DNA from: Lewinellaceae bacterium
GTDB lineage: Bacteria; Bacteroidota; Bacteroidia; Chitinophagales; Saprospiraceae
DNA length: 64,000 nucleotides
Direction: 5' to 3'
Assembly (NCBI GenBank): GCA_020636355.1
Contig: JACJYB010000011.1
Span: 21,356-85,355 of the forward strand
Position numbers and translations under genes: made by a program. How positions within the stretch are numbered: position 1 is the stretch's first letter; every line of letters starts with the position of its first letter. Below, piece after piece: positions 47,654 to 57,612 of this stretch. The notes beneath the pieces are model-generated. The model was not told the DNA's origin. It did no database searches and saw nothing but the letters and a program-made list of their open reading frames with translations.

Positions 47654-48397
47654 ATGAGAACGATTTTATTTGCATTGCTGGCCGGTCTGCTGGTCACAAA
47701 CTTCACCTATGCTCAAAGTGCAGACGAAGTCATCGAATCCTATCTGGAGACGATAGGAGGACGTGACGCCATCTCGTCCATAAAAACCATGAAGTCTGAG
47801 GGAAAAGTCAATTTTCAAGGGATGGAAATTCCTTTTATTATGTACCAAAAGGCTCCTGGTTCACAGAAATTGGTGATTAATTTTCAAGGACAGGAAATCA
47901 CCCAGATGGCCTTTGATGGTAATGAGGGCTGGGGCACCAATTTTATGACCATGGAACCTGAAAAATGGGAGTCCGAAGACAGCGAAATCATGAAATCCGA
48001 AATGGACTTTCCTGAGGTTTTCCTGAATTACAAGGATAAAGGATATACTGCTGAAATTGAAGGCGAGGAAAACATTGAAGGTACCGACTGTTATCGACTG
48101 AAATTGACCAAAAAGCCGATTACCATCGATGGCAAAGAGGAAGAAAACTTTACCTACTATTTCTTTGATAAAGAAACCAATGTACCCTTGATGGTGCGCA
48201 GCATGATTCATAAAGGGGACATGAAGGGAAAATCACAGGAAACATTCATGAGTGATTATCAAGAGGTCTCCGGCGTGTATCAGCCATTTACCCTGCAAAT
48301 CAAATTGGATGGACAAGTGATGCAAAGTCTGACTATGGATAATGTTGAGGTTAATCTTGACTTGGACGATTCAGTCTTTGCTTTTCCTGGCAAATAA
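47654..48397 (+). CDS. LolA-like outer-membrane lipoprotein-sorting family protein
   Basis: 247 aa with a signal peptide (MRTILFALLAGLLVTNFTYA). The ...ADEVIESYLETIGGRDAISSIKTMK.EGKVNFQGMEIPF... pattern is common to Bacteroidota proteins annotated this way. Confidence 0.5.
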   Translation: MRTILFALLAGLLVTNFTYAQSADEVIESYLETIGGRDAISSIKTMKSEGKVNFQGMEIPFIMYQKAPGSQKLVINFQGQEITQMAFDGNEGWGTNFMTMEPEKWESEDSEIMKSEMDFPEVFLNYKDKGYTAEIEGEENIEGTDCYRLKLTKKPITIDGKEEENFTYYFFDKETNVPLMVRSMIHKGDMKGKSQETFMSDYQEVSGVYQPFTLQIKLDGQVMQSLTMDNVEVNLDLDDSVFAFPGK

Positions 48398-48497
48398 TTC
48401 GCAAAAGGAAGTCTGTGGTGCATGTTTTTCTACCCGGACTTCCTCTTTCCATTGAACCACCAGAACATCCCCATTCTTAATAAAACTTGATGATATA

Positions 48498-51400
48498 ATG
48501 AAAAATTTATATGCGTTGATTGCTGCATTACTGGTGATTTTACCAGGTTTCAGTCAACAGCCCATTACCATAAAGGGAGAAGAACTCTATGGCGGTCTGA
48601 GAGGTCGCCACATTGGTCCGGCATTAATGAGTGGACGGATATCCCGTGTTACCGGACACCCAAAAGATTCAAAGATCATTTATGTTGGTGCCGCGGGAGG
48701 AGGAGTCTGGCGTTCTGTTGATGCCGGGGTTACTTTCTCTTCCATTTTTGACAAATATGCCCAGTCTATCGGCGCCATTGCCGTCGATCCCACTGATCCG
48801 GACCAGACGATCTGGGTAGGCACGGGTGAAACATGGACCCGAAACAGCGTTTCTGTCGGAGATGGCATTTACAAGTCAACGAATGGAGGACAGACCTGGA
48901 ATAAAATGGGTTTGGAAAAATCCGAACACATCGCCAGCATCCAGGTTGATCCTTCCAACCACGATATCGTTTACGTCGCTGTTATGGGTGCGCTCTGGGG
49001 CGACAGTGAAGAACGCGGCGTTTATAAAACGATCGATGGCGGAAAGACCTGGTCCAAAATTTTATACGTAAACGAGACTACAGGATGTTCGGATCTTGCC
49101 ATGGATCCGCGGGATCCAAAGGTATTGTATGCAGCTTTTTGGGAATTCCGTCGCACGGCCTGGTCCTTCAGTTCGGGAGGCGCTTCCAGTGCGCTCTATA
49201 AATCAGAAGACGGTGGTCAGACATGGAACAAAATCCACAACGGCTTTCCTGCCGGTCAATTGGGCCGCTTTGCAATCGGTATCGCCCCTTCGAATCCGGA
49301 TATTGTGTATGCGGTCGTAGAAGCGGAGAAGGCGGAAGACAAGGGATTGTACCGGTCGGATGATGCCGGTCAAACCTGGAAACATCTGAATTCCGATTTC
49401 GGTCTTACCGTACGTCCGTTCTATTTCTCCCGTATTGTGATAGACCCATCAAATCCGGACATTATTGTAAAAGCCGGTTTGAATGGTTCAATCAGTAAGG
49501 ATGGGGGTAAGACATTCCGTGATATTAACGGAGGCGTTCATTCGGACCTGCATGATTTCTGGTTTGACCCCAACCACCCATCTACCATCTACCTGGGATG
49601 TGATGGCGGTGTTTACCGGTCCTGGGACGGGGGAAATGCATGGGAAATGGTTAAGGGGCTTCCGGTATCACAGTTTTACCAGGTTGCCGTCGACAATCAG
49701 AATCCGTACAAAGTATATGGGGGTCTGCAAGACAACGGCTCCTGGGTAGGAGTTTCATCCAAACCGGGAGGCATCGAAAACCGGGACTGGATTGGTGTGG
49801 GATTCGGTGACGGATTCCGCGTATTTCCTAATCCGGGAGATCCCAATATCGTCTATTCGGAAATGCAGGGAGCCGAAGGCGTCTGGCGATTTGACCTGAA
49901 GAAAAATCAGTCAAAGACCATCAAGCCATATGCCCAGGAAGGAGACCCTAAACTTCGCTTTAACTGGAATACGCCCATCACAACCAGCCACCATAACCCC
50001 GACCGACTGTACATTGGGAGTCAATACGTCCACAAATCAGACGATCGCGGTGAAAGCTGGACCAAAGTCTCCCCGGATCTGACCACCAACGATCTGGCAA
50101 AACAACAACAAGCCAATTCCGGTGGTCTTAGCACCGATAACTCCGGAGCTGAAAACCACTGCACCATTTTTGCCATTGGTGAGTCTCCGGTGGATGAGCA
50201 GGTACTTTGGATAGGCACGGACGACGGCAATGTCCAGGTGACCTTTGACGGTGGCAAATCTTGGAGCAATGTCACGGCCAATATCCCGGGCTTGCCTAAG
50301 AACACCTGGGCCTATTTTATTGAGCCGAGTCATTTTGACAAACAATCGGCTTATGCGGTTTTTGATGGCCACACGGCCAGTGACATGAATCCTTATGTAT
50401 ACAAAACGGATGATGGCGGCAAAACCTGGAAATCCCTGGTTACTCCGGATATTAAGGGATTCTGCCGGAACATCCGTGAAGATTACGAAAACAAAAATTT
50501 ATTATTCCTGGGGACTGAATTCGGATTGTTCATCACCCTTGATGGAGGACAGAACTGGTCACAGTTTACGAACAATGTGCCGGCAGTAGCCGTCCACTGG
50601 ATTGCTCAGCAGGAACGGGATGATGCGATAGTCCTCGCCACTCATGGCCGCGGTTTAATTGTGATCGACAACATCAATCTGTTACGTCAGATAACATCTG
50701 ATGTCACCACCCAGGAGCTGCATTTCCTGAAAAACAAGACCGCCATTATCCATGAGGCCAGCGGTTATGCCGGCTATTCAGGTGTAGGTGAATTTGTAGG
50801 AGAAAATCCATCCTCAGCCGCCCAGATCGCCTATTTCATGAAGAGTCGCCACACCTTCGGCAAAATGGTCATGGAAATTATGGACAAAGATGGAAATGTC
50901 ATTTCAGTCCTTACTCCCGGCAAATCGAAAGGCATCAATATTGTGGACTGGAATTACAGTTATAAACGTCCTAAGGTGGCCAAAGGGAAAACCCTGGCAT
51001 TTGGAGGCTTCAGTTCGCCTACAGTTCCGGCAGGGACTTATAAGGTGCGTATCACCAAGGGTAAAAATGTCTATGAAGAAGACCTAACCCTCAAATACGA
51101 TCCGGAATCCATCCATTCAGAGGCGGACCATGTGGCGCAACACGAGACCGCCATGAAGCTTTACCATATGAATGAAGACCTGGCCTATCTCGTTGACGAA
51201 ATCGATAATTTACACGAGGCCGGAATGAAGCTCCAAGCGGAACCTGTCAATAAAAAAATTGCAAATCTATTGCCCGGGTTTATCATGAGCCTTGAAAAGC
51301 TAAAAGAACCACTGGTGGTCATGACCGGTGACAACTACGTAGGTACCGCCGAACCACTTTTGCGTGAAAAAATTTCCACATTGTATGGCGAGGTCGTGAG

Positions 51401-51590
51401 CTACAACGGGCGTCCGACTGAAGCCCAAATGCAAAACCTGGCGCTACTCGCTGGAAAGTTGCAAGATGCCCTGAAGTCGATGGATGGCATACATACGCAG
51501 CTCAATACCATTAATGGCTTGTTATCGAAAGCCAAAAAGGACCCGATTAAGGTTCGCTCGAAGCAAGAGTTTTTGGATGCCGATGAATAA
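48498..51590 (+). CDS. BNR/Asp-box repeat beta-propeller protein (sortilin/VPS10-like or GH74-like architecture)
   Basis: 1030 aa with a signal peptide. It has eleven S/T-x-D-x-G-x-[ST]-[WF] Asp-box motifs (e.g. STNGGQTWN, TIDGGKTWS, SEDGGQTWN, SDDAGQTWK, TDDGGKTWK, TLDGGQNWS). Confidence 0.75.
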   Translation: MKNLYALIAALLVILPGFSQQPITIKGEELYGGLRGRHIGPALMSGRISRVTGHPKDSKIIYVGAAGGGVWRSVDAGVTFSSIFDKYAQSIGAIAVDPTDPDQTIWVGTGETWTRNSVSVGDGIYKSTNGGQTWNKMGLEKSEHIASIQVDPSNHDIVYVAVMGALWGDSEERGVYKTIDGGKTWSKILYVNETTGCSDLAMDPRDPKVLYAAFWEFRRTAWSFSSGGASSALYKSEDGGQTWNKIHNGFPAGQLGRFAIGIAPSNPDIVYAVVEAEKAEDKGLYRSDDAGQTWKHLNSDFGLTVRPFYFSRIVIDPSNPDIIVKAGLNGSISKDGGKTFRDINGGVHSDLHDFWFDPNHPSTIYLGCDGGVYRSWDGGNAWEMVKGLPVSQFYQVAVDNQNPYKVYGGLQDNGSWVGVSSKPGGIENRDWIGVGFGDGFRVFPNPGDPNIVYSEMQGAEGVWRFDLKKNQSKTIKPYAQEGDPKLRFNWNTPITTSHHNPDRLYIGSQYVHKSDDRGESWTKVSPDLTTNDLAKQQQANSGGLSTDNSGAENHCTIFAIGESPVDEQVLWIGTDDGNVQVTFDGGKSWSNVTANIPGLPKNTWAYFIEPSHFDKQSAYAVFDGHTASDMNPYVYKTDDGGKTWKSLVTPDIKGFCRNIREDYENKNLLFLGTEFGLFITLDGGQNWSQFTNNVPAVAVHWIAQQERDDAIVLATHGRGLIVIDNINLLRQITSDVTTQELHFLKNKTAIIHEASGYAGYSGVGEFVGENPSSAAQIAYFMKSRHTFGKMVMEIMDKDGNVISVLTPGKSKGINIVDWNYSYKRPKVAKGKTLAFGGFSSPTVPAGTYKVRITKGKNVYEEDLTLKYDPESIHSEADHVAQHETAMKLYHMNEDLAYLVDEIDNLHEAGMKLQAEPVNKKIANLLPGFIMSLEKLKEPLVVMTGDNYVGTAEPLLREKISTLYGEVVSYNGRPTEAQMQNLALLAGKLQDALKSMDGIHTQLNTINGLLSKAKKDPIKVRSKQEFLDADE

Positions 51591-51633
51591 TCGCAGCTAA
51601 ATATTTTTTGTCAATTTTGATTGACCTGTTGAG

Positions 51634-51662
51634 ATCCCTGCCTTCGGGCGGGGATTTTTTTT
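51634..51662 (+). terminator. Rho-independent terminator after the BNR-propeller gene
   Basis: The stem ATCCCTGCC/GGCGGGGAT (one G-U pair) has a TTCG tetraloop and is followed by T8. It lies 44 nt after the stop. Confidence 0.75.
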
Positions 51663-51697
51663 ACCTATTTTCGAACTTGCAATAGAAAAACAGGATC

Positions 51698-54052
51698 ATG
51701 CGTAGCGGGACCATTCTCTCCTTTTCTTTCTTACTCTACCTTTCCACACTGACAGCTCAAAATATGGCACCCACGGTTGAGTTAGATGTGCTCCAAAAAG
51801 TCCAGCCTGCTTTCCAGCCGGCCGCCAGTGGTTTCTCGCTTGCCGATGTACGTCTCCTGGACTCTCCTTTTAAGGAGGCCATGGATATGAATGGGGCCTA
51901 TCTTCTGGAATTGGATCCGGACCGGCTTCTGCACCGTTTTCATGAATTTGCCGGGTTGCCCGTCAAAGGTGAGCTCTATGGAGGGTGGGAAGAGGGCACC
52001 TTGTCCGGCCACAGTCTCGGACACTATCTGAGCGGATGCGCCCAGATGTATGCTGCAACTGGAGATGAAGCTTATAAAAAGAGAACCGATTATGTGGTGG
52101 ATGAACTGGCTCGCTGTCAGATAGCCCGTGGCACCGGCTACCTGGGTGCCATCCCTGGAGAAGATTCTACGTGGACGGTTATTGCATCCGGTCATATAGT
52201 TTCCAGAGGATTTGACCTCAACGGATTGTGGTCACCATGGTATAATCTGCATAAAGTTTTCGCCGGTCTACAGGATATCTACCAATACACCGGGAATCAG
52301 AAGGCGTTGAATATAGCCATAAAATTTGCTGATTGGATCGACACGAAGTTTGCCGGTTTATCTGACGATCAATGGCAAGAAATGCTTCTTTGTGAATATG
52401 GAGGCATGAATGATGCACTGGTGAACCTTTATGCACTCACCAAAAACAAGAAGTATCTGGATCTGTCGTACAAGTTTCATGACCATGCGGTACTTGATCC
52501 ATTGGTAAAAGGAGAGGACAATCTCGCCGGCAAACACGGCAACACCCAAATCCCCAAGATAATCGGCTGTGCCCGCCGTTATGAATTGACCGGTGAATCG
52601 CAAGATTCTGCCATCGCCCGGTTTTTCTGGGATCGCGTCGTACACCATCATTCCTACGTCACGGGCAGCCATGGTATTTCCGAATATTTCGGTGCTCCGG
52701 ACCGGCTTAATGACAAACTGAGTGATGCCACCGGTGAAAGCTGCAATGTTTATAATATGCTAAAACTTACGCAGCATCTTTTTACCTGGACGGGAGATCC
52801 AGCTTATGCTGATTTTTACGAACGGGCACTGTACAATCACATCCTGGCCTCTATCGACGGTCCGGGTGCCTATTGTTATTTCATCCCACTCCGGCAGGGG
52901 ACCAAAAGACATTACAGTAACAAATTTAACTCCTTCTGGTGCTGTGTAGGGACAGCTATGGAGAATCATGGCAAGTATGCCGAACACATCTATTTTACCG
53001 GCAAGGATGGCAGCCTGATGGTGAATCTTTATCTGCCAAGTGTCCTGACCTGGCATGCGAAAGAAATTCAATTAACGCAGACCGGCGATCCATCGACCGG
53101 AGCGGTAAATATGCAAATAGCAAGCGACGCCCCTCATGAATTCGCCCTGAAGTTACGGCATCCCGCCTGGGCTACCCAGGGCATGCGTATCTGGGTGAAC
53201 GGGGCACCGGTTTTGACCCATTATAAGACCTCGGATTATGCCATGATCCGCAGAATCTGGCACAATGGCGATGAAATACGTATTGAAATGCCAGCCACGC
53301 TGGAGGAAGAATCCATGCCGGATAACCCAGACCGGATCGCCTTGATTTATGGCCCATATGTGTTGGCCGGAGAGCTTCCGGAAAAAGTAGAGGATCCATT
53401 ATTCGAAGTACCGGTTATTGTGACAGAAGATCGTTCTCCTGATTCATGGGTCAAGCAGGATGGAAATCAACTGGCGTTTCACTCTGAAGCCAGTGGGCGT
53501 CCCTACGACTTGTCTTTTGTGCCCTTTTACCGCGCCGATACAGTCCGGTACACCACCTATCTGGATTATTTCACCGATGCCGGATGGGAACAACGGAAAA
53601 TGGATTTCCTGGCCAAACAAAAAAAAGAAGCCGAAATCGAAAAGAGGACGGTGGATATTATGCGCTTAGGGGAAATGCAACCGGAACGGGACCATCATCT
53701 CACCAGTGTGGAAGCCTCCTATGTCTACGACGAATCAGGAAGAAAAGGCCGGGACGCCCGAAACGGTGGTTTTTTTGAATTTGACATGAAAGTGGATCCA
53801 CAAGCTCCGATGCACCTGATGGCGACCTACTGGGGATCCGACCGGGGAAAACGATCCTTTGACATCCTGGTCAATGGCAAAATCATCGGTTCCCAGCAGC
53901 TCAACGAAAATTTCCCCGGGGTGTTCTTTGATGTAGAATATCCAATACCCCCTTCAATGAGTAAAGGCAGGCAAACCGTCCGGGTTCGCTTTCAAGGTCA
54001 TGAAGGGAATACGGCCGGAGTGGTCTATGGCGTCCGCACCTTAAAACCCTGA
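51698..54052 (+). CDS. GH127-family (DUF1680) beta-L-arabinofuranosidase-like glycoside hydrolase
   Basis: 784 aa with a signal peptide. It has GHSLGHYLSG, GESCNVYNMLKL and FWCCVGTAMENHGKY (Cys-rich active-site region), which are typical of GH127. Confidence 0.8.
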   Translation: MRSGTILSFSFLLYLSTLTAQNMAPTVELDVLQKVQPAFQPAASGFSLADVRLLDSPFKEAMDMNGAYLLELDPDRLLHRFHEFAGLPVKGELYGGWEEGTLSGHSLGHYLSGCAQMYAATGDEAYKKRTDYVVDELARCQIARGTGYLGAIPGEDSTWTVIASGHIVSRGFDLNGLWSPWYNLHKVFAGLQDIYQYTGNQKALNIAIKFADWIDTKFAGLSDDQWQEMLLCEYGGMNDALVNLYALTKNKKYLDLSYKFHDHAVLDPLVKGEDNLAGKHGNTQIPKIIGCARRYELTGESQDSAIARFFWDRVVHHHSYVTGSHGISEYFGAPDRLNDKLSDATGESCNVYNMLKLTQHLFTWTGDPAYADFYERALYNHILASIDGPGAYCYFIPLRQGTKRHYSNKFNSFWCCVGTAMENHGKYAEHIYFTGKDGSLMVNLYLPSVLTWHAKEIQLTQTGDPSTGAVNMQIASDAPHEFALKLRHPAWATQGMRIWVNGAPVLTHYKTSDYAMIRRIWHNGDEIRIEMPATLEEESMPDNPDRIALIYGPYVLAGELPEKVEDPLFEVPVIVTEDRSPDSWVKQDGNQLAFHSEASGRPYDLSFVPFYRADTVRYTTYLDYFTDAGWEQRKMDFLAKQKKEAEIEKRTVDIMRLGEMQPERDHHLTSVEASYVYDESGRKGRDARNGGFFEFDMKVDPQAPMHLMATYWGSDRGKRSFDILVNGKIIGSQQLNENFPGVFFDVEYPIPPSMSKGRQTVRVRFQGHEGNTAGVVYGVRTLKP

Positions 54053-54058
54053 TTGATA

Positions 54059-54619
54059 TTATCCGATGGGTAGGATCTGTTTTTCCCTTGTTTCATTAAG
54101 CACCTCTGCCATGGCCAGATAAATGGCCGATGCACCACAGACCATGCCTTCCCACCCTGCAATAGTGCCGATCATTGCCGAACCGGTCCAATCCCGGATT
54201 GCCAACAGCAGAAATAAGATCCAAAGCGTCAGAAAAATAAACTGAAGCACTTTGTTTTTATTAAATGTTCCAATCCACATAAAGAATGTGAAAACGCCCC
54301 ATAGAAATAAATACCAGCCCATATAACCAGCCCCGGTTGCCTCTCCTTTTGCCCAACCAAATTCAGGAAATACCCACAAGGCTACCAAAGTAATCCAAAA
54401 TAATCCGTAGGAGGTAAATGCGGTGGTGCCAAATGTATTGCCCTTGCGGAACTCCAAAATGCCTGCGATCACTTGTGCAATACCCCCATAAAATATACCC
54501 ATGGACAGGATCATTGCGCTCACCGGAAAAAATCCGGCATTATGAATATTTAACAGGACTGTCGTCATGCCAAACCCCATCAAGCCCAGCGGTGCCGGAT
54601 TGGATAATTTCGCATCCAT
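54059..54619 (-). CDS. satP: Acetate/succinate uptake transporter, GPR1/FUN34/YaaH (SatP) family
   Basis: 186 aa with 6 TM helices and the signature NPAPLGLMGFGMTTVLLN. Confidence 0.85.
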   Translation of the reverse strand: MDAKLSNPAPLGLMGFGMTTVLLNIHNAGFFPVSAMILSMGIFYGGIAQVIAGILEFRKGNTFGTTAFTSYGLFWITLVALWVFPEFGWAKGEATGAGYMGWYLFLWGVFTFFMWIGTFNKNKVLQFIFLTLWILFLLLAIRDWTGSAMIGTIAGWEGMVCGASAIYLAMAEVLNETREKQILPIG

Positions 54620-55005
54620 AATTGTTCAATTTGATGATTAGGCTAAAAAACAACCCCTTCATACGGGTTTTCAACCGGATGAAGTATTAAGGTTGGTTTT
54701 GCTGAATTTCACAAATTAGGGGGTATGGCTTACGAAAAGGATGAGATGGGTCATTTAACAATAGGTATCACATCATATCCCGGGCAAGCATCCAGTCCAT
54801 GGAATTGAAGACGATTTTTTTACCCCCGGGCAACAATACAACCCGGACCATCGTTTAATTAACAATATGTAAATGAGCCGTTCATACTTAGTTAACACAA
54901 GGCAAATACATTTGCAGCGTATGGATGGCTATGCAAAAGAGCATAGTTCGAAAAAAGAAATTTGTTTCAATATTTCGCTTTAAGGGTTACCATTCTCAAG
55001 AAAAA

Positions 55006-55033
55006 GTCGACCATAACCGGTTGACTTTTTTTT
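55006..55033. terminator. Hairpin with flanking A5 and T8 runs (bidirectional intrinsic terminator)
   Basis: The sequence is AAAAA-GTCGACC-ATAACC-GGTTGAC-TTTTTTTT. The A-run serves the minus-strand lpxB gene, whose stop is at 55032-55034. The stronger T8 run faces a plus-strand transcript. Confidence 0.6.
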
Positions 55034-56147
55034 ATTCCCCACCAGGCATATCCTGGCAAATGAGTTGTGCTGCCCGTAATGATGCCCCTGCCCCTCCGAG
55101 GATGACTTTCAGGTGATCCACTTCTTTGACCCATCTGCCTTCACCGGCTGAAGCAAGCATGGCTTTCATCGCCTGAGCAATCGCTTCAGGGGTGCACCCA
55201 GCTTGGATCAACTCGGGCACCAGTGGCTTGTCCAGGATTAAATTAACCAATGAGATGTACTTAACCCGGATCAATCTTTTTGCGATCTGGTAGGATACCC
55301 AGCTTCCTTTATACACCACAACCAAAGGAACCCCGAATAAAGCGGTCTCCAGCGTAGCTGTCCCGGAAGTAACAATGGCTCCTGCTGCCGCTGCCAATAG
55401 ATCGTAGGTACGGCCCGTGATGACCGGAACCTGTTCTTCAGCTATCCCAGCTTTGCGGATTAAATCGGCATACAGCGTACGGGGTTGATGGTGAACCCCT
55501 GCTATGACAAATTGATACCCTTGCAATTGTCTAAGTGCTCCCAGCTGTACGGGTAACAACCGTTCGATTTCCTGTTTACGGCTCCCTGGCAAGAGAGCAA
55601 TTACCGGCAATTCTGTCGGCAGGTCCAAAGGTCCGGGTTGATAATTTGGAATAACATCCAGCAATGGATGGCCTACATAATCAGCTACCATCGAGAATTT
55701 CTTGTAAAATGCCGGTTCAAAGGGCAAAATGCAAAGCATTTTACGGACACTTGCTTTCAGCGCAAATCCTCGTTTTTCCTTCCAGGCCCAAATCTGAGGA
55801 GATATGTAATAATATACCGGAATCTGTAATGATTTAGCCCATTTCGCGATCCGCATATTAAAGCCCGGATAGTCAATCAAAATGAGCGCATCCGGCTTGA
55901 ATGCCAATATGTCTTCCCGGCAAAAAGATAAATTACGCAGGATGGCACCCAAATGGCTGACGACCTCCACAAAACCCATGAAGGCAAGATCCTTGTAGTG
56001 CTTGCGTAATTCGGCACCGGCAGCCTCCATTTTCTCCCCGCCCCAGGCGAATATGGACGCATGCTCATCCAGTGTATGTATAGCCCGGATCAGATTGCTA
56101 CCGTGCAAATCACCGGATGCTTCACCTGCAATGACGTAATAACGCAT
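55032..56147 (-). CDS. lpxB: Lipid-A-disaccharide synthase
   Basis: 371 aa with MRYYVIAGEASGDLHGSNLI and ...YYISPQIWAWK..R, canonical LpxB motifs. Confidence 0.9.
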   Translation of the reverse strand: MRYYVIAGEASGDLHGSNLIRAIHTLDEHASIFAWGGEKMEAAGAELRKHYKDLAFMGFVEVVSHLGAILRNLSFCREDILAFKPDALILIDYPGFNMRIAKWAKSLQIPVYYYISPQIWAWKEKRGFALKASVRKMLCILPFEPAFYKKFSMVADYVGHPLLDVIPNYQPGPLDLPTELPVIALLPGSRKQEIERLLPVQLGALRQLQGYQFVIAGVHHQPRTLYADLIRKAGIAEEQVPVITGRTYDLLAAAAGAIVTSGTATLETALFGVPLVVVYKGSWVSYQIAKRLIRVKYISLVNLILDKPLVPELIQAGCTPEAIAQAMKAMLASAGEGRWVKEVDHLKVILGGAGASLRAAQLICQDMPGGE

Positions 56148-56211
56148 TTCGCTTCCTTTATTCTGGAAGAGGAAAGGTACCCTTTAGATTTTCATCTACT
56201 GAAAAAAACGA

Positions 56212-57612
56212 TCATACACTTTCCATAATACCCAGTTTCCGATCGCTCTTCCAGTGACCGCGGGTAAAATCCGGAAACTGCACCGGAGATGACCCCAGTT
56301 GGACAGAAATCGCTGAGACCGGCGTCACCCCGGACCAGGTGGCCGCATCGTAGACATCCATATCTAACGGTAGTCCCTGATGCAAGTTATCGATCAGTCG
56401 ATACATCATCACGAAGTCCATGCCACCATGTCCGCCATTCTTCTCAATTTCTGCCTTCAACTTATTCCAGATCGGATGTTTGTATTGCTCCCGGTAATTT
56501 TGATAGGCCTCTTCAGGAAGCCATTCGTGCTCTTCCTTTCCCAGAATGGAGAGCCGGCTGGGATACCCTTCGTGGTATCCTTTCGTACCTCCCAGGGCAT
56601 TGATCCGGTTATAAGGCCGGGGAGTTACCACATCATGATGAACCATAATCAAGCGGCCTTTATCGGTTTTGATCAGTGAGGTATTCATGTCTCCATGCTG
56701 ATAGTCGGTACGATTGTAGAATTCATTATCTGGCTCGATCGATCGCGAGGCTTCTGATAAACTTGCCTGGAGTGAAGACATTGAAACCAGATGATCAAAC
56801 CGGTCACCTCGTCCGATTCCCATATATTGCGCTACCGGGCCCAGACCATGGGTGGGATAAAGATTGCCATCCGTCGTAACATGATGCCGTATCCGCCATT
56901 GGTTGTAATATCCCGTCTTACTGAGCATGGAATCTCTTAGGTTATGGATGTAGGCACATTCACCATAAGTAAGGGTTCCCAACACGCCTTGCTCCGCCAT
57001 ATTGAGCAACCACAATTCCTCATCGCCATAACACACATTCTCCAGCATCATGCAATTGAGCTGAGTCTCTTCGGCCGTGTCAACCATTTCCCAGTGCTCG
57101 GCGAGGGTCACTGCGGCCGGCACTTCAGTAGCTACGTGTTTGCCCTGTCGCATAGCTTCCACACACATGGGAACATGATTTTCCCAGGGAGTGACCACAA
57201 TAACCAGGTCAATGTCATCCCGTTTGAGCATTTCCTTCCAGGCATCGGCCTTGCCGGTATATACTGCCGGATTCTGGCCATTCTCTTTTAAGAATTCAGC
57301 CGTTTTTTGTGCGAATTCAGGCCGGATATCGCAAATTGCTGTAAGCTTCGCTTTCGGGTAGAGAGCATGGACCAATTTTGCATGAAAGCTACCCCGGTTT
57401 CCCAAGCCAATCATGCCGACTTTGACCTGCTCCATAGGTGCTTTCTTTAAACCTATAACGGATTTTCCCCGGGCTTGGGGTATTGAGGACAAATCAGCCA
57501 ACTTGCGCTCAATGGCGTTACGACTGACCTGATCAGGTGCAATTCCCAAAAATGTAGCAGCGATGGCAGAGGACTTGATGAATTTACGCCGGCTCTTGAG
57601 CTGATGATCCAT
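56212..57612 (-). CDS. Gfo/Idh/MocA-fold NAD-dependent enzyme with a Tat leader; GH109 (alpha-N-acetylgalactosaminidase)-like
   Basis: The start at MDHQLKSRRKFIKSSAIAATFLG gives an RRxF Tat motif. It has the Rossmann motif MIGLGNRGSFH. Size and architecture match GH109-type NAD+ glycosidases. Confidence 0.65.
   Translation of the reverse strand: MDHQLKSRRKFIKSSAIAATFLGIAPDQVSRNAIERKLADLSSIPQARGKSVIGLKKAPMEQVKVGMIGLGNRGSFHAKLVHALYPKAKLTAICDIRPEFAQKTAEFLKENGQNPAVYTGKADAWKEMLKRDDIDLVIVVTPWENHVPMCVEAMRQGKHVATEVPAAVTLAEHWEMVDTAEETQLNCMMLENVCYGDEELWLLNMAEQGVLGTLTYGECAYIHNLRDSMLSKTGYYNQWRIRHHVTTDGNLYPTHGLGPVAQYMGIGRGDRFDHLVSMSSLQASLSEASRSIEPDNEFYNRTDYQHGDMNTSLIKTDKGRLIMVHHDVVTPRPYNRINALGGTKGYHEGYPSRLSILGKEEHEWLPEEAYQNYREQYKHPIWNKLKAEIEKNGGHGGMDFVMMYRLIDNLHQGLPLDMDVYDAATWSGVTPVSAISVQLGSSPVQFPDFTRGHWKSDRKLGIMESV

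Noticed and set aside
54925-55116. 63-aa plus-strand ORF in the satP/lpxB gap.
   Set aside because: It reads straight through an intrinsic terminator hairpin and into antisense lpxB. The region is better explained as non-coding (see the small-RNA candidate).
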